A DNA stretch of 64,000 nucleotides from the human T2T-CHM13v2.0 reference genome, Homo sapiens (GCF_009914755.1 NC_060932.1); one strand, 5' to 3'; positions 16,001 to 29,559 are shown, counted from the stretch's first letter. The notes: generated from the sequence alone by a model not told the origin. Made by a program: numbers and translations.

Positions 16001-16744
16001 GGCGCCATAGCGAGCACAAGCGCCTTACCTTCTGCCCCTGCGGAAGCTGCGGACGTCCCCCAAACGTTAAAAACGCCATATCCCACTTTTTATACAAATA
16101 ACTACCCCGGCCTGTTCTCTTTGTCCCCTTCCCGAAGCCTTCAGGCAGACCGTTCCGCAAAGTCTTTTTTTTTGTTTTGTTTTGTCTTCTAGACCCAGCT
16201 CCTCGGCGCTCATCTCCAGCTGCTTTAAGACAAGGGGTGGGGGAAGGGGAGGGAGGCAAGAAAAGATGAGGGTGGGGGAGGGGAAAAGAGGGAATGCAAG
16301 GGGAAGGAGGGAGGAGACGGGGAGAAGGAAAGATTGGAAGAAAAGGATCTCCGAGGAAGGGGCTGAGAGAAGGGCAGGGTGAACTGGACTAAAGGCCAGA
16401 GTAGGAAGGAGAAGAGGGGCCAAAAAAGAAGGGGATGAAATTAAGCACAGAAGATGGGTAAAGAAAAAAGTATCAGGGAAAGGGCAAAATAAGAGAAAGC
16501 CTTGAGGATAAGAGGGTAGAAGGCTAAAGAACAAGGGGACCACGGGGTCGGGGAAGCGCTGCCTGAACGGCGGGACAGTGACAAAGAAAGGGCGCTGGCG
16601 ATATTCGCACCAAGGGTGCGAAACGCAATCGGGAGGTGAGAAATGGAAAGAAGGCGAATGCCCGGCTACAAGTAGCCTGGGACTGAAAGGGGACCTGGGG
16701 GAGGGGCTGGGCCCAGGGCAGAAAAGTCCAGGTTCCCATGCGGC

Positions 16745-16920
16745 CTGGGCCCACGTGGAGCGGGCGCTGAATCACCGTTCAGCCGCCCCCCTCCCCTCCT
16801 CCCCGACCGGTGCCCGCAGTCCCCGCCTCCTCGGCCGCCGCCTCCACGGGGCGGGGCCCTGGCCCGGGACCAGCGCCGCGGCTATAAATGGGCTGCGGCG
16901 AGGCCGGCAGAACGCTGTGA
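16745..16920 (+). promoter_or_regulatory. NEFM: NEFM core promoter: TATAAA 16883-16888, GC box 16848-16856, E-box CACGTG 16752-16757, AP-1-like TGAATCA 16768-16774
   Basis: Motifs read directly; the TATA box lies ~60 bp upstream of the ATG inside a CpG island. Confidence 0.85.
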
Positions 16921-16946
16921 CAGCCACACGCCCCAAGGCCTCCAAG

Positions 16947-18026
16947 ATGAGCTACACGTTGGACTCGCTGGGCAACCCGTCCGCCTACCGGCGGGTAACC
17001 GAGACCCGCTCGAGCTTCAGCCGCGTCAGCGGCTCCCCGTCCAGTGGCTTCCGCTCGCAGTCGTGGTCCCGCGGCTCGCCCAGCACCGTGTCCTCCTCCT
17101 ATAAGCGCAGCATGCTCGCCCCGCGCCTCGCTTACAGCTCGGCCATGCTCAGCTCCGCCGAGAGCAGCCTTGACTTCAGCCAGTCCTCGTCCCTGCTCAA
17201 CGGCGGCTCCGGACCCGGCGGCGACTACAAGCTGTCCCGCTCCAACGAGAAGGAGCAGCTGCAGGGGCTGAACGACCGCTTTGCCGGCTACATAGAGAAG
17301 GTGCACTACCTGGAGCAGCAGAATAAGGAGATTGAGGCGGAGATCCAGGCGCTGCGGCAGAAGCAGGCCTCGCACGCCCAGCTGGGCGACGCGTACGACC
17401 AGGAGATCCGCGAGCTGCGCGCCACCCTGGAGATGGTGAACCACGAGAAGGCTCAGGTGCAGCTGGACTCGGACCACCTGGAGGAAGACATCCACCGGCT
17501 CAAGGAGCGCTTTGAGGAGGAGGCGCGGTTGCGCGACGACACTGAGGCGGCCATCCGCGCGCTGCGCAAAGACATCGAGGAGGCGTCGCTGGTCAAGGTG
17601 GAGCTGGACAAGAAGGTGCAGTCGCTGCAGGATGAGGTGGCCTTCCTGCGGAGCAACCACGAGGAGGAGGTGGCCGACCTTCTGGCCCAGATCCAGGCAT
17701 CGCACATCACGGTGGAGCGCAAAGACTACCTGAAGACAGACATCTCGACGGCGCTGAAGGAAATCCGCTCCCAGCTCGAAAGCCACTCAGACCAGAATAT
17801 GCACCAGGCCGAAGAGTGGTTCAAATGCCGCTACGCCAAGCTCACCGAGGCGGCCGAGCAGAACAAGGAGGCCATCCGCTCCGCCAAGGAAGAGATCGCC
17901 GAGTACCGGCGCCAGCTGCAGTCCAAGAGCATCGAGCTAGAGTCGGTGCGCGGCACCAAGGAGTCCCTGGAGCGGCAGCTCAGCGACATCGAGGAGCGCC
18001 ACAACCACGACCTCAGCAGCTACCAG
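16947..18026 (+). CDS. NEFM: Neurofilament medium polypeptide, coding exon 1 (head + rod, codons 1-360)
   Basis: ATG at 16947 ([17 protein letters not shown]...), IF rod start motif [15 protein letters not shown], ends TACCAG|gtagga. 1080 bp, phase 0. Confidence 0.99.
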
Positions 18027-18757
18027 GTAGGAACCGCGGCTGCGCGGCCAGCCTGCGCCAGCGCCAGCGCCGCGCGCCCCCGACACTTGGGCTCGTGCCC
18101 AGGCGCCCTCTCCGCCGCGCTCCCTGGTGGCCGCTCGCTAGAGCACGCGCGCCGCAGACCTAGGGTATTTGCGGATCAGCGTCCTCGCCCATCTCATCCT
18201 CCACACTCCGCCCCCACCCACCTGCCCCAGCTGCTAAGGGTCTTGACCTTTTTCAGAAACGTGCATCTTTTCCAGTTCTAATTTTGCACGCTTGCACGTT
18301 TAAAGCAGGAGGGATGAATTCGGTAGTGGATAAATCAGCAACTTTAGGATAGCTTATGCAGAAACGCGTGTATTCTCTACTTTTCCGGCAGTGATCGGAA
18401 GAGCTCTCAAAATTGGCTTCAGCCCAAAGGGCTCAGATGGGAATGGCCAGGTCAGCCATGGAGTTTCCCCATGCATGTTTGTGTCCTGTTGAGACGTGTT
18501 CTAAGTCCACTGGTCTCCGTGCGTGATGTGCCCAGGAAGTGTCCTATTGTCTTACTGATCTTGTATGTTCATTTGAGAATCGCTTAGATTTAAAAGAAAA
18601 AGGGGGTGGGACGGGGGGCTGGGAGTCAGGTGTCAGCGAGGTTTGCAGAAGTGGAGGGAGACGGGAGGAGGCCAGGGGGAAGGGGTAGCAAGTGGTTTGC
18701 GAAGGAAGTTGCTGTTTGCAAGGATGAGTCTGGGGAGATTCTCTGTGTCTGTTTCAG

Positions 18758-18882
18758 GACACCATCCAGCAGCTGGAAAATGAGCTTCGGGGCACAAAGT
18801 GGGAAATGGCTCGTCATTTGCGCGAATACCAGGACCTCCTCAACGTCAAGATGGCTCTGGATATAGAAATCGCTGCGTACAG
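18758..18882 (+). CDS. NEFM: NEFM coding exon 2 (end of coil 2B)
   Basis: Acceptor gtttcag|GAC, donor TACAG|gtacga. 125 bp encoding ...[20 protein letters not shown], the IF consensus. Confidence 0.99.
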
Positions 18883-20213
18883 GTACGATGCTTACTACGT
18901 GCGTGGCCGGAACACTAACCGCAGTGCAGAGGCTGTTCCGGCAGAGCTTCCACCACTTAAGTTAAAGCAGGCAGGGTGCAGGCATCAACTCAGCACCTGG
19001 TTATCTTGCTTACTTAAAAAGAAATTATTCTAAAGAATTGCAAGTGTAGTTTTATCTCTTTTTATGCAGCTTTAAAAGAATGAATACTAGTAGAAACAAA
19101 AGGTTTTTGAATTACACAAAGGAGGTGCAGATTAATCTCAATGCACATGCTTAAACTTTTTATGGAAAAATGTTTTCAAATGCTGGAAGCATGAACAGAG
19201 TTTTGGTTTCTAATATTTCATCTAGTGGTTTCAGCTTTTCAAATGTATAATGTCAAGGACAAACACCAGGACGTTCTATTTCTCTGTTTCTCTGTTATAT
19301 AGCTTACTATTGCCATCATCTGGCTGAGAATAGATATAGAATGATAGAATATAGATATAGTTCTTTTATATATGTAGATAATTTATATGTATTATATTTT
19401 ATGCTAGACTGTAGTATAAATTATATCAATATATCATGTATGATATTAATCTAGATCTATAGATACACATATGTGCATATGCATATAAATCTAGATATAT
19501 AGACACAAATATATATGATCGTTTTATAGATAGTGAGATAGGTTATAGGTCTATTAACTGAAGTGACCTTGCTGTTGACTAAGCGCAAAGGACAAAATCG
19601 TTGATTAAAATTTTTCTGCTACCAATAAGGTAGTTATAATATAACGAGAATAAATTGCATTTACAGAGCTATCTCTCTTTTCAGGAAAGCTGAATAACTA
19701 CATTAAATAGACACTTTATGATAAAAATTATCAACAAATTTATAACTCGATACACCTGAAAATCTAAACGTTTAAGAAAGTGACTACTCTCAGAAAGGCT
19801 GTTTGGCTTTGGAGTTTGGGGGCGTTTTGTTTATGGCTTCTTGTTTTTTTGTTTTTGTTTTTGTTTTTTGCTATTTGGCCACTAACAAGTTTTTCAGCAT
19901 ATTCATGTTGTACCTAATGGATCTCTACTGCAGGGCCAAGACTTAGTAGCTGGGTGTGGTTAGTGGACTATTGGGCAAGGTTAGTCATTGTAGGGGGCAA
20001 CTGTCTGGCAGTCCAGGAGAATCTTTCTCTGTCACTGAGTATAATGTAATATGCCAGTAAGTGATAGCAGGTATTATAGTGAATTCATAGAATATTCTAC
20101 TTATGTAATTCTATTTATTCAAAGGTAGCTACCACAATACCCAGAATGTAATGAAGCTCAGAAGGCCTAGTGAAATTTTTACTATGTCTTATGTTCTTGG
20201 ATTTTCTCCTTAG

Positions 20214-21759
20214 AAAACTCCTGGAGGGTGAAGAGACTAGATTTAGCACATTTGCAGGAAGCATCACTGGGCCACTGTATACACACCGACCCCCAATCAC
20301 AATATCCAGTAAGATTCAGAAAACCAAGGTGGAAGCTCCCAAGCTTAAGGTCCAACACAAATTTGTCGAGGAGATCATAGAGGAAACCAAAGTGGAGGAT
20401 GAGAAGTCAGAAATGGAAGAGGCCCTGACAGCCATTACAGAGGAATTGGCCGTTTCCATGAAGGAAGAGAAGAAAGAAGCAGCAGAAGAAAAGGAAGAGG
20501 AACCCGAAGCTGAAGAAGAAGAAGTAGCTGCCAAAAAGTCTCCAGTGAAAGCAACTGCACCTGAAGTTAAAGAAGAGGAAGGGGAAAAGGAGGAAGAAGA
20601 AGGCCAGGAAGAAGAGGAGGAAGAAGATGAGGGAGCTAAGTCAGACCAAGCCGAAGAGGGAGGATCCGAGAAGGAAGGCTCTAGTGAAAAAGAGGAAGGT
20701 GAGCAGGAAGAAGGAGAAACAGAAGCTGAAGCTGAAGGAGAGGAAGCCGAAGCTAAAGAGGAAAAGAAAGTGGAGGAAAAGAGTGAGGAAGTGGCTACCA
20801 AGGAGGAGCTGGTGGCAGATGCCAAGGTGGAAAAGCCAGAAAAAGCCAAGTCTCCTGTGCCAAAATCACCAGTGGAAGAGAAAGGCAAGTCTCCTGTGCC
20901 CAAGTCACCAGTGGAAGAGAAAGGCAAGTCTCCTGTGCCCAAGTCACCAGTGGAAGAGAAAGGCAAGTCTCCTGTGCCGAAATCACCAGTGGAAGAGAAA
21001 GGCAAGTCTCCTGTGTCAAAATCACCAGTGGAAGAGAAAGCCAAATCTCCTGTGCCAAAATCACCAGTGGAAGAGGCAAAGTCAAAAGCAGAAGTGGGGA
21101 AAGGTGAACAGAAAGAGGAAGAAGAAAAGGAAGTCAAGGAAGCTCCCAAGGAAGAGAAGGTAGAGAAAAAGGAAGAGAAACCAAAGGATGTGCCAGAGAA
21201 GAAGAAAGCTGAGTCCCCTGTAAAGGAGGAAGCTGTGGCAGAGGTGGTCACCATCACCAAATCGGTAAAGGTGCACTTGGAGAAAGAGACCAAAGAAGAG
21301 GGGAAGCCACTGCAGCAGGAGAAAGAGAAGGAGAAAGCGGGAGGAGAGGGAGGAAGTGAGGAGGAAGGGAGTGATAAAGGTGCCAAGGGATCCAGGAAGG
21401 AAGACATAGCTGTCAATGGGGAGGTAGAAGGAAAAGAGGAGGTAGAGCAGGAGACCAAGGAAAAAGGCAGTGGGAGGGAAGAGGAGAAAGGCGTTGTCAC
21501 CAATGGCCTAGACTTGAGCCCAGCAGATGAAAAGAAGGGGGGTGATAAAAGTGAGGAGAAAGTGGTGGTGACCAAAACGGTAGAAAAAATCACCAGTGAG
21601 GGGGGAGATGGTGCTACCAAATACATCACTAAATCTGTAACCGTCACTCAAAAGGTTGAAGAGCATGAAGAGACCTTTGAGGAGAAACTAGTGTCTACTA
21701 AAAAGGTAGAAAAAGTCACTTCACACGCCATAGTAAAGGAAGTCACCCAGAGTGACTAA
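20214..21759 (+). CDS. NEFM: NEFM coding exon 3 (KLLEGEE, Glu-rich tail, KSP repeats, stop)
   Basis: Acceptor ctccttag|A AAA CTC, TAA at 21757-21759. 1080+125+1546 = 2751 nt = 916 aa + stop. Confidence 0.99.
20848..21081 (+). repeat. NEFM: Coding minisatellite: 6 x 39 bp encoding [13 protein letters not shown] (KSP phosphorylation repeats)
   Basis: Unit AAGTCTCCTGTGCC(A/C/G)AA(A/G)TCACCAGTGGAAGAGAAAGGC repeated six times; units 5-6 slightly diverged. Confidence 0.97.
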
Positions 21760-22056
21760 GATTTGAGTCCATTGCAAAAGGTTAAGCCATATGACAATTT
21801 CAAAATGCATGTGATTGGCAGCTTCAAAACAGAACGGGTTCTCCCATGGGGGCTCCAGACATTGTATTTTACTTTGTGCAATATGAGGGGACTGCATGCA
21901 AGCTCAGGGTGCTCCCTCCTCAGTCTTTGGGGGATTCAAATGCATGATATTGTATGTACCTGGGAAATTTGCCGATTTCCTAAGCTGTTGGAAGGGGGTC
22001 ACTTAAGGGGGGATGTCTTGAGATGTATTATGCAAAGTACCAACTGAGCCAAAAAC

Positions 22057-22062
22057 AATAAA
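22057..22062 (+). terminator. NEFM: NEFM proximal polyadenylation signal AATAAA
   Basis: AATAAA ~300 nt after the stop. Confidence 0.65.
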
Positions 22063-22222
22063 CGAAACACAGAACTCAGCCTTAAGAAAGCTATATATGA
22101 ATAATTATGTTTACCTCACTGGTGCATTTAAAATGGACTTTTGTTCATGGGAGAACCTCGTTGACATGCACAGTTTGCAATCTTATGTTGATCGATGTTA
22201 AACGTCACAGCAGTACTTGCTC

Positions 22223-22228
22223 AATAAA
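22223..22228 (+). terminator. NEFM: NEFM distal polyadenylation signal AATAAA
   Basis: AATAAA followed by a T-rich downstream element (22261-22300). Confidence 0.8.
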
Positions 22229-22271
22229 GGTCATATTGGAAACATAGTCAATTGCTGAGTCTTATGTCATT

Positions 22272-22400
22272 TCTCTTTTTCTAATTTTTATTTATTTATT
22301 TTTATTTAGAGATGGGGTCTTGCTATGTGGCCTCAAGCAGTCCTCCCACCTCAGCCACCCAAAGTGCTGGGATTACAGGCATGAGCCACCACGCCCAGCC
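22272..22400 (-). mobile_element. Truncated Alu/FLAM
   Basis: Left-monomer sequence with T-rich tail just downstream of the NEFM poly(A) site. Confidence 0.8.
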
Positions 22401-24177
22401 TGTTATGCCATTTCAAAGTGAAATCTCCACTACCTGAAGCTTTCTTGCCCTGAAATAGATTATTGGGGGGAATCATAAGTAAACTGCACATCTTATTGCT
22501 ATTTCCCTGACAGCAATTACTTGGAAAACGTAATTGCTGAAGATATTTTCAGGTGTCAACATCTTCACCGAGCCCGGTCTTCATCCCAAAATTTTAAAAT
22601 CATATTTTTGAAATAAAAATAAAAGCATCAGATACAAATAGGAATCTGGTGGGATAGAAATCTTCAGTGTTTGTTTCTATCCCAAAACAGAACTCAGAAC
22701 CTCTAGGTAAGAGGACCAATAAAGGAGGGGTTCATAACTTGTGCCTTGGAGTTGGGACAGAGACAGAGGAGCTCATGGCATTTATGACGATGTGTCCAGT
22801 GGGGACAGGGCTGACATCACTAACACTCCTACCCGGAACTATCCAGCCTCAGAGGCATGCCTCCTGTGCACAAACACACACATACACATTGTCTGCATCA
22901 CTAATGCTTGATTTGACTGACAGAGATTTACACCTTTAGTATTTTACTAATTGTGGAAAATGATATAAAAAATAAATAAAATACCCTACCTGAGAAAAGA
23001 AAAATGAGATTCTGTGACATAGGCAATAAGTGTTTTTAAATAAAAAGACATGATCTTGACCAAGGAAATACTATCATCCCCTTTTCAAAACTTGTTTTAG
23101 GCCTTGAAGACCATTAATATATTAATTAGCACATTATCCTGTCCAAGTCCATGTTTTTTCATTAATAGGATCAGCTCAATAATACAATCCTTGATATATT
23201 TTCAATGACTTTTTCAAGATAACTCCAATTTTAATGCCTAAACATACCCAGGAAGCTAATTGTTAACGGCAGTTTTTATTGTTTCCCAATCATTAGCCAT
23301 TTGCCAATCCTCACAATTTTGGCTACATCTGAGTATTATCTGTACAATTATGTATTCAGATTTCTTTCTTTAAAACAATTTATGTTTTAAGTTAAGATGT
23401 TAATTTTTCTGAAGCAAAAATATCCATGACACGCAAAGTGACACAGGATTATTTAAATATAATCAGCAAAAAAAAAAAAAACTGATCTAGTGATACAGAA
23501 TTAAAAAATAAAAAAGAGCATATTGGAAGGACACAGGGTAACTCCTAGAGTGAAAACATCAGCAGAGGAGTCAGGGGTTGGGAGAGAGGAGCTCGGACAG
23601 CCCCAGGGTCAGAGGTCGCAGGAATCATCACGCAGTCACAGGGCGGATTAAACTGAAAACTCTGTGACACTTCATTGGAATTCCAGGAACAGAGCATCAT
23701 CTATTTGCCACACACCTTTGCTAGCAAAGAGGAGCACCTTGATTGATAGTCTCACCCAAACTGACTCCAATGACAGCACTGCAGCTCTTCACAGAAAAGT
23801 CTGGGAGCTGTTATCAGAAGTAGGAATGGAGGCTGGAGTTATGTGATACGATCTATGTGAATTTTTTAAATGCCCATTAAATATACAATCATTACTATAA
23901 AAATACTCATTTGCACCTAAAATCATCTCACTTACCAGCACTGGACCCTGGGGCTTAGAAGACTTTCTTTTTTGGTAGCATATATTGTTTAAAAATGACA
24001 GGATCAATCAGCAAAACTCTCCAACGCAGGCACCAGAAACTTAACTCTTCAGCTCTAACTTTGTTTTCAACCACTTCATTTTCTTTCCTAAGAAGGTAAG
24101 ACATTCAATAATATTGCCACATATTCCATAAAAAAAAATCACTATTTTCTATTCTTTAAAAATGACAGAACACCTCT

Positions 24178-24310
24178 GGCTGCAGTGGCACAGGCCAATA
24201 GTCACAGCTGTTCCAGAGGCTGAGACATGAGGATCACTCAAGCCCAGGAGTTCGAGTCCAGCCCTGGCAAAGTAGTGGGAACCCATCTCTAAAATAAATA
24301 AATAAATAGA
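24178..24310 (+). mobile_element. FLAM (Alu monomer)
   Basis: Single diverged monomer with (TAAA)n tail. Confidence 0.75.
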
Positions 24311-24753
24311 ACAACATACCTTTAATAACCCATGCAAGTATTTCTAAGTCAATCAATTGCCTGGTTGATTAATTAATTCAATAAATGTTTATTGAGGACT
24401 AGAGCTTGGAGATACAATGGTCTTCTCTTATAAAATTACTTACTTTGTTGTCACTGCCAGCCATCACACTATTATTGAAAGAGAAAGCAATTTGAAATTC
24501 ATGTGTCCAAATATGTTCAGTGACAGGGAGAAACTACATTTAAACTAAGCACAAATCTCCACGTGTTTAGGATATAAGAGTACCTTTCCTCTGATGACAA
24601 TTGGTCTCTGGGCACAATGACATCAAGCCATTGAAAAACAGAATTTCTACCTTGCCAGTAGACTGTCTTGGAGACACTATTTTATTTTAAATATTGTGAG
24701 GATTATCAAAGTTCATTTATTCTCAATCTTAAAACATATAAGAACAGATTTTT

Positions 24754-25130
<377 letters not shown>

Positions 25131-25157
25131 TCATAGGAAAGGTCCAGAGTATGTACT

Positions 25158-25490
25158 CTTTTTTATTTATTTATTTTATTTTTTATTTTATTTTATTTTT
25201 TTTTGACAGGCTCTCACTCTGTCACCCAGACTGGAGTTCAGTGGCATGATCATGGTTCACTGCAGCCTGGAGCATCTGGGCTCAGGTGATCCTCCCACCT
25301 CAGCCTCCTGAGTAGCTGAGACTACAGGCACATGCCACCCTGCCCAGCTAACTATTTTTGTGGGGTTTTTTTGTAGAGATAAGTTTCGTGATGTTTCCCA
25401 GGCTGGTCTCAAACCCCTGGACTCAGGCAATCTGCCCATTTCAGCCTCCCGAAGTGCTGGGATTATAGATGTGAACCACCATGCCCAGCC
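25158..25490 (-). mobile_element. AluJ
   Basis: Diverged reverse Alu with (TTTTA)n tail. Confidence 0.9.
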
Positions 25491-26568
25491 CAAAGCATAC
25501 ACTCTTAACCTCAGTCCTGTAGTAATCCTCAAATCTATCCACTGTGGCCACCTCCATTTATAAGGATGTTAAGCTAGGGTCATTTCTTTCTTTTAAAATT
25601 GAAAAAAAAGAAAACAGAGGAATACTATAAATCATTCATTTAATATACTTGCATATCTCTTTACATTTAAAAAAAGATACAATATCACTTCTCTATGGCA
25701 CTGTGTTTGCATCTTGAGGAAAAGAATAAATACTCAAATGCAAAATAAGTGGTGATTCTTTCTATCTCAACAGCTTGCAAGTGCCAAACAATTTTCTCAT
25801 AGTAACTTTCATGTTCAATAGACAGAGTTATTTCTAGTGCATTTCCTTCTATTGCCAGTCAGTGCAGACAGAAACAGTATTAAAACATTAGGATATTCAT
25901 TTCCACAACAAATAGGTTGGTTGTTCCAGTTTAGAACAAGTTATTTTTTTCCTAGTGTTTTATATAATTTGCCCAAAGGGAACCAGGAGCTATTTTTAAG
26001 TGAATTATTCTATTAGATCTGCCTAAAATTTGTCTATTTTTAGGGCTCCTCAACCCTTAGAGCTTGGCAAAAATAACAGACGAGAGTTCAAGTCCCGGGC
26101 TGTAGACAGCAAAATTGTGTGTCTTGGGTCCATTATATTTACCCTCTAAGCCTTCACCTCCCTATCTGTAAAACAGGGCTGCCGAGGTGATGGGGTGTTA
26201 CCTATGAAAATGTTCCACACTGTAACAGGCATTTGGTAGCCAATCAAAACCATTTGTTAAAGATAATGAATTTTAAATTGGATCACAGCTATAGGTACAG
26301 AATTTTTAATTTAAAGAGTAGAAATTAACTGGTACCTTAATTTTCTTATATATAATTTCAATACAGATTGCAATGATGAGTTTACCAAAATAAGTACACA
26401 ATATGAATATAAATATACTCATGTGCACATATATTTCTTCATCAGTGTACACATAATTTCATTACCCATATAGAGAATTTGGGTGGAAAATCGCTGCATT
26501 TTTCATTGCATTAATCTATATAGGCTGCTTAGACACTCAAGAATCCATCTACATAATCATGGGGCTTA

Positions 26569-26893
<325 letters not shown>

Positions 26894-27906
26894 TTAAAAC
26901 CATATTAAGAGTAAGAGAGAGAAATATTTTTGTGCTAGGCCTCTGAAGACATGAAATTCCCAGATCCATGCTAACTGTGTTCAACACCATAATGCAGGGC
27001 TTTCAGGATTCTCTTTGACTTATTTGAGGTATTTTGAAAAGTTACCACATCATATCTTCAATAAGGTATTCATTTTAGGTAATGCTCCTTAAATCATTCC
27101 CTAACTCTAATTAGCGTTCTTATCTTAGAAGAGAACAGAGTTGAAAAAAAATTAACAGCCGACTACATAAAAAGGCTTTTTTTTAAGCTTATGAAAAGCA
27201 TAATCATTCTAAAGGGCTAAGTAGGAAGGACCACTTACATAGGCCCATGCTATAGTCTTGTTTTGTATGTGGGTGGGTGAGGTGGGTAGTGGGAGGAGAA
27301 CAGAAAATCAAGGGCCCCAGAATTCGAGTGACAACATTGTGTCCAGAAGGCAAACACCGGGAATTTTTGATTCTGCATTGAGATCACAAGATCACAAGTC
27401 AGGGGCCAACTTCAAGTATCATAGGTTCTACTTTTGGTGTTCTCACATTCCTAAGAGAGTAAACCCTGACAACAAAAAGAGATAAGGACTGAAAAGGGCT
27501 CCTTTTCCTATTGGTTCTCAAATTTCAAATAAATTTCCGTGAGGAGGGTAAAATTACTGGTTTGCATTAGTGCTTTGGAATATGCTTAATTGTAATTGCT
27601 CATCATCTCTTCTGGAAAATCACAGATTAGTTGAAACCACGGAGTATAGCACAAAGAGCCTTCTTTGCCCTGGGATCTAGAAGGTTGGGCCCTCTATGCA
27701 AGTGACAACACCTCCACACCTCCCATTTTAACTTGGAAAATTCAAGTGTATGTTGAATTCTGTGATGATGCGTTTATATCTTCCTCGATTCATATGTCAA
27801 AAACTTACTCTTATCCAAAAACAGTAATTCAGCTTAAGGAGAATTTGCACTTAAAATACTGTGTGCTAACATTTGGAAGAACAAAAAGTTAAAAGTTATT
27901 AACTTT

Positions 27907-28211
<305 letters not shown>

Positions 28212-28447
28212 CTATGTAAGTATATAATGTATGAATATCAGCAAGAGAAATAGAAAACTGACCTCCCTCTTCCCCAGATTTCTTTCTAACTATGGCTGCC
28301 TAGTTACTTCTGAACTGGACTTCTCAGTGGCCCCAAATAAAATTACAAATATAAGACACAGAATAACAATGTCTGACAAATAGTAGGCACTTAATTAGTG
28401 GTAAATTTTCATTGCCGTCATTAATATTCGTTTTAAAAGTAATAACT

Positions 28448-28828
<381 letters not shown>

Positions 28829-29194
28829 TTAAACCTGTAGCAAAGCTTCAAGAAGTAGAAGAGTAGATACCTTCGCACTAAACTTTACTTACTATATATA
28901 TGCTACTCAGAATCATAAAACCCTAAAGGTTGAATTAGCTGATAATATTTAACCCACATTTCTTATGCCTAAAAAGCAGCTGCCTAACCTATAATTGAAT
29001 ATCTACAGTGACAGGGAAGTTACTTTGCTGCAAGCCATCCCAACAGATAACTTGGACTGTTTGCAGTCCAACTTCTTTACATTGTTCTAATCTCTGATCC
29101 CCTGTAACGTTCACCCACTGATGCAAATTCCAGGGAGTCATATAAATCCTACTTCCCTTTTCCCCAGAATGGACTTTCAGAGAGATGAAGGTAG

Positions 29195-29559
29195 CATAGT
29201 GTGGATATTTGTCCCTTCCAAATCTCATGATAGGAGGTGTTTGGGTCATGGGGGCGGAACCTTCATGAATAACTTGGTGCTGTCCTTGCCACAGTGAGTG
29301 AGTTCTCATGAGATCTGGTTGTTTAAAAATGTGTGGCATCTCCCACCTCACTCTCTTGCTCGAGAACTCTCACGTAATATATTGGCTCCCCGTTGCCTTC
29401 TGCCATGATTGTAAGCTTCCTGAAACCTCAGCAGAAGCAGATGCCAGCACAAATGCTGCTTATACAGCCTGCAGAACTGTTAGCCAATTAAACCATTTTT
29501 CTTCATAAATTACCCAGCCTCGGATATTCCTTTAGAGTAACGCAAATGGACTAAAACAG
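29195..29559 (+). mobile_element. MaLR LTR (MST-like)
   Basis: agtgagtgagttctcatgagatctggtt; ccatgattgtaagcttcctga; ccaattaaacc. Confidence 0.8.

Larger units (their letters stand above)
15930..18230. promoter_or_regulatory. CpG island over NEFM promoter and exon 1
   Basis: High GC and dense CpG by inspection, interrupted by a purine-rich tract at ~16230-16540. Confidence 0.85.

Noticed and set aside
16578-16946. 123-codon in-frame N-terminal extension of the NEFM ORF from a GTG
   Set aside because: It begins ~300 bp upstream of the TATA box, so it is not in the canonical mRNA; the GC-rich promoter simply lacks stops.
16779-17786. 335-aa antisense ORF over NEFM exon 1
   Set aside because: Codon-bias shadow of a GC-rich coiled-coil CDS; the same artefact appears opposite NEFL exon 1.
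20848-21081. Regular repeat array resembling a CRISPR or novel repeat system
   Set aside because: Head-to-tail coding repeats without spacers; these are the known KSP repeats.
20316-21647. 443-aa Ser/Phe-rich antisense ORF over NEFM exon 3
   Set aside because: Reverse complement of GAA/GAG/AAG-rich sequence; low complexity.
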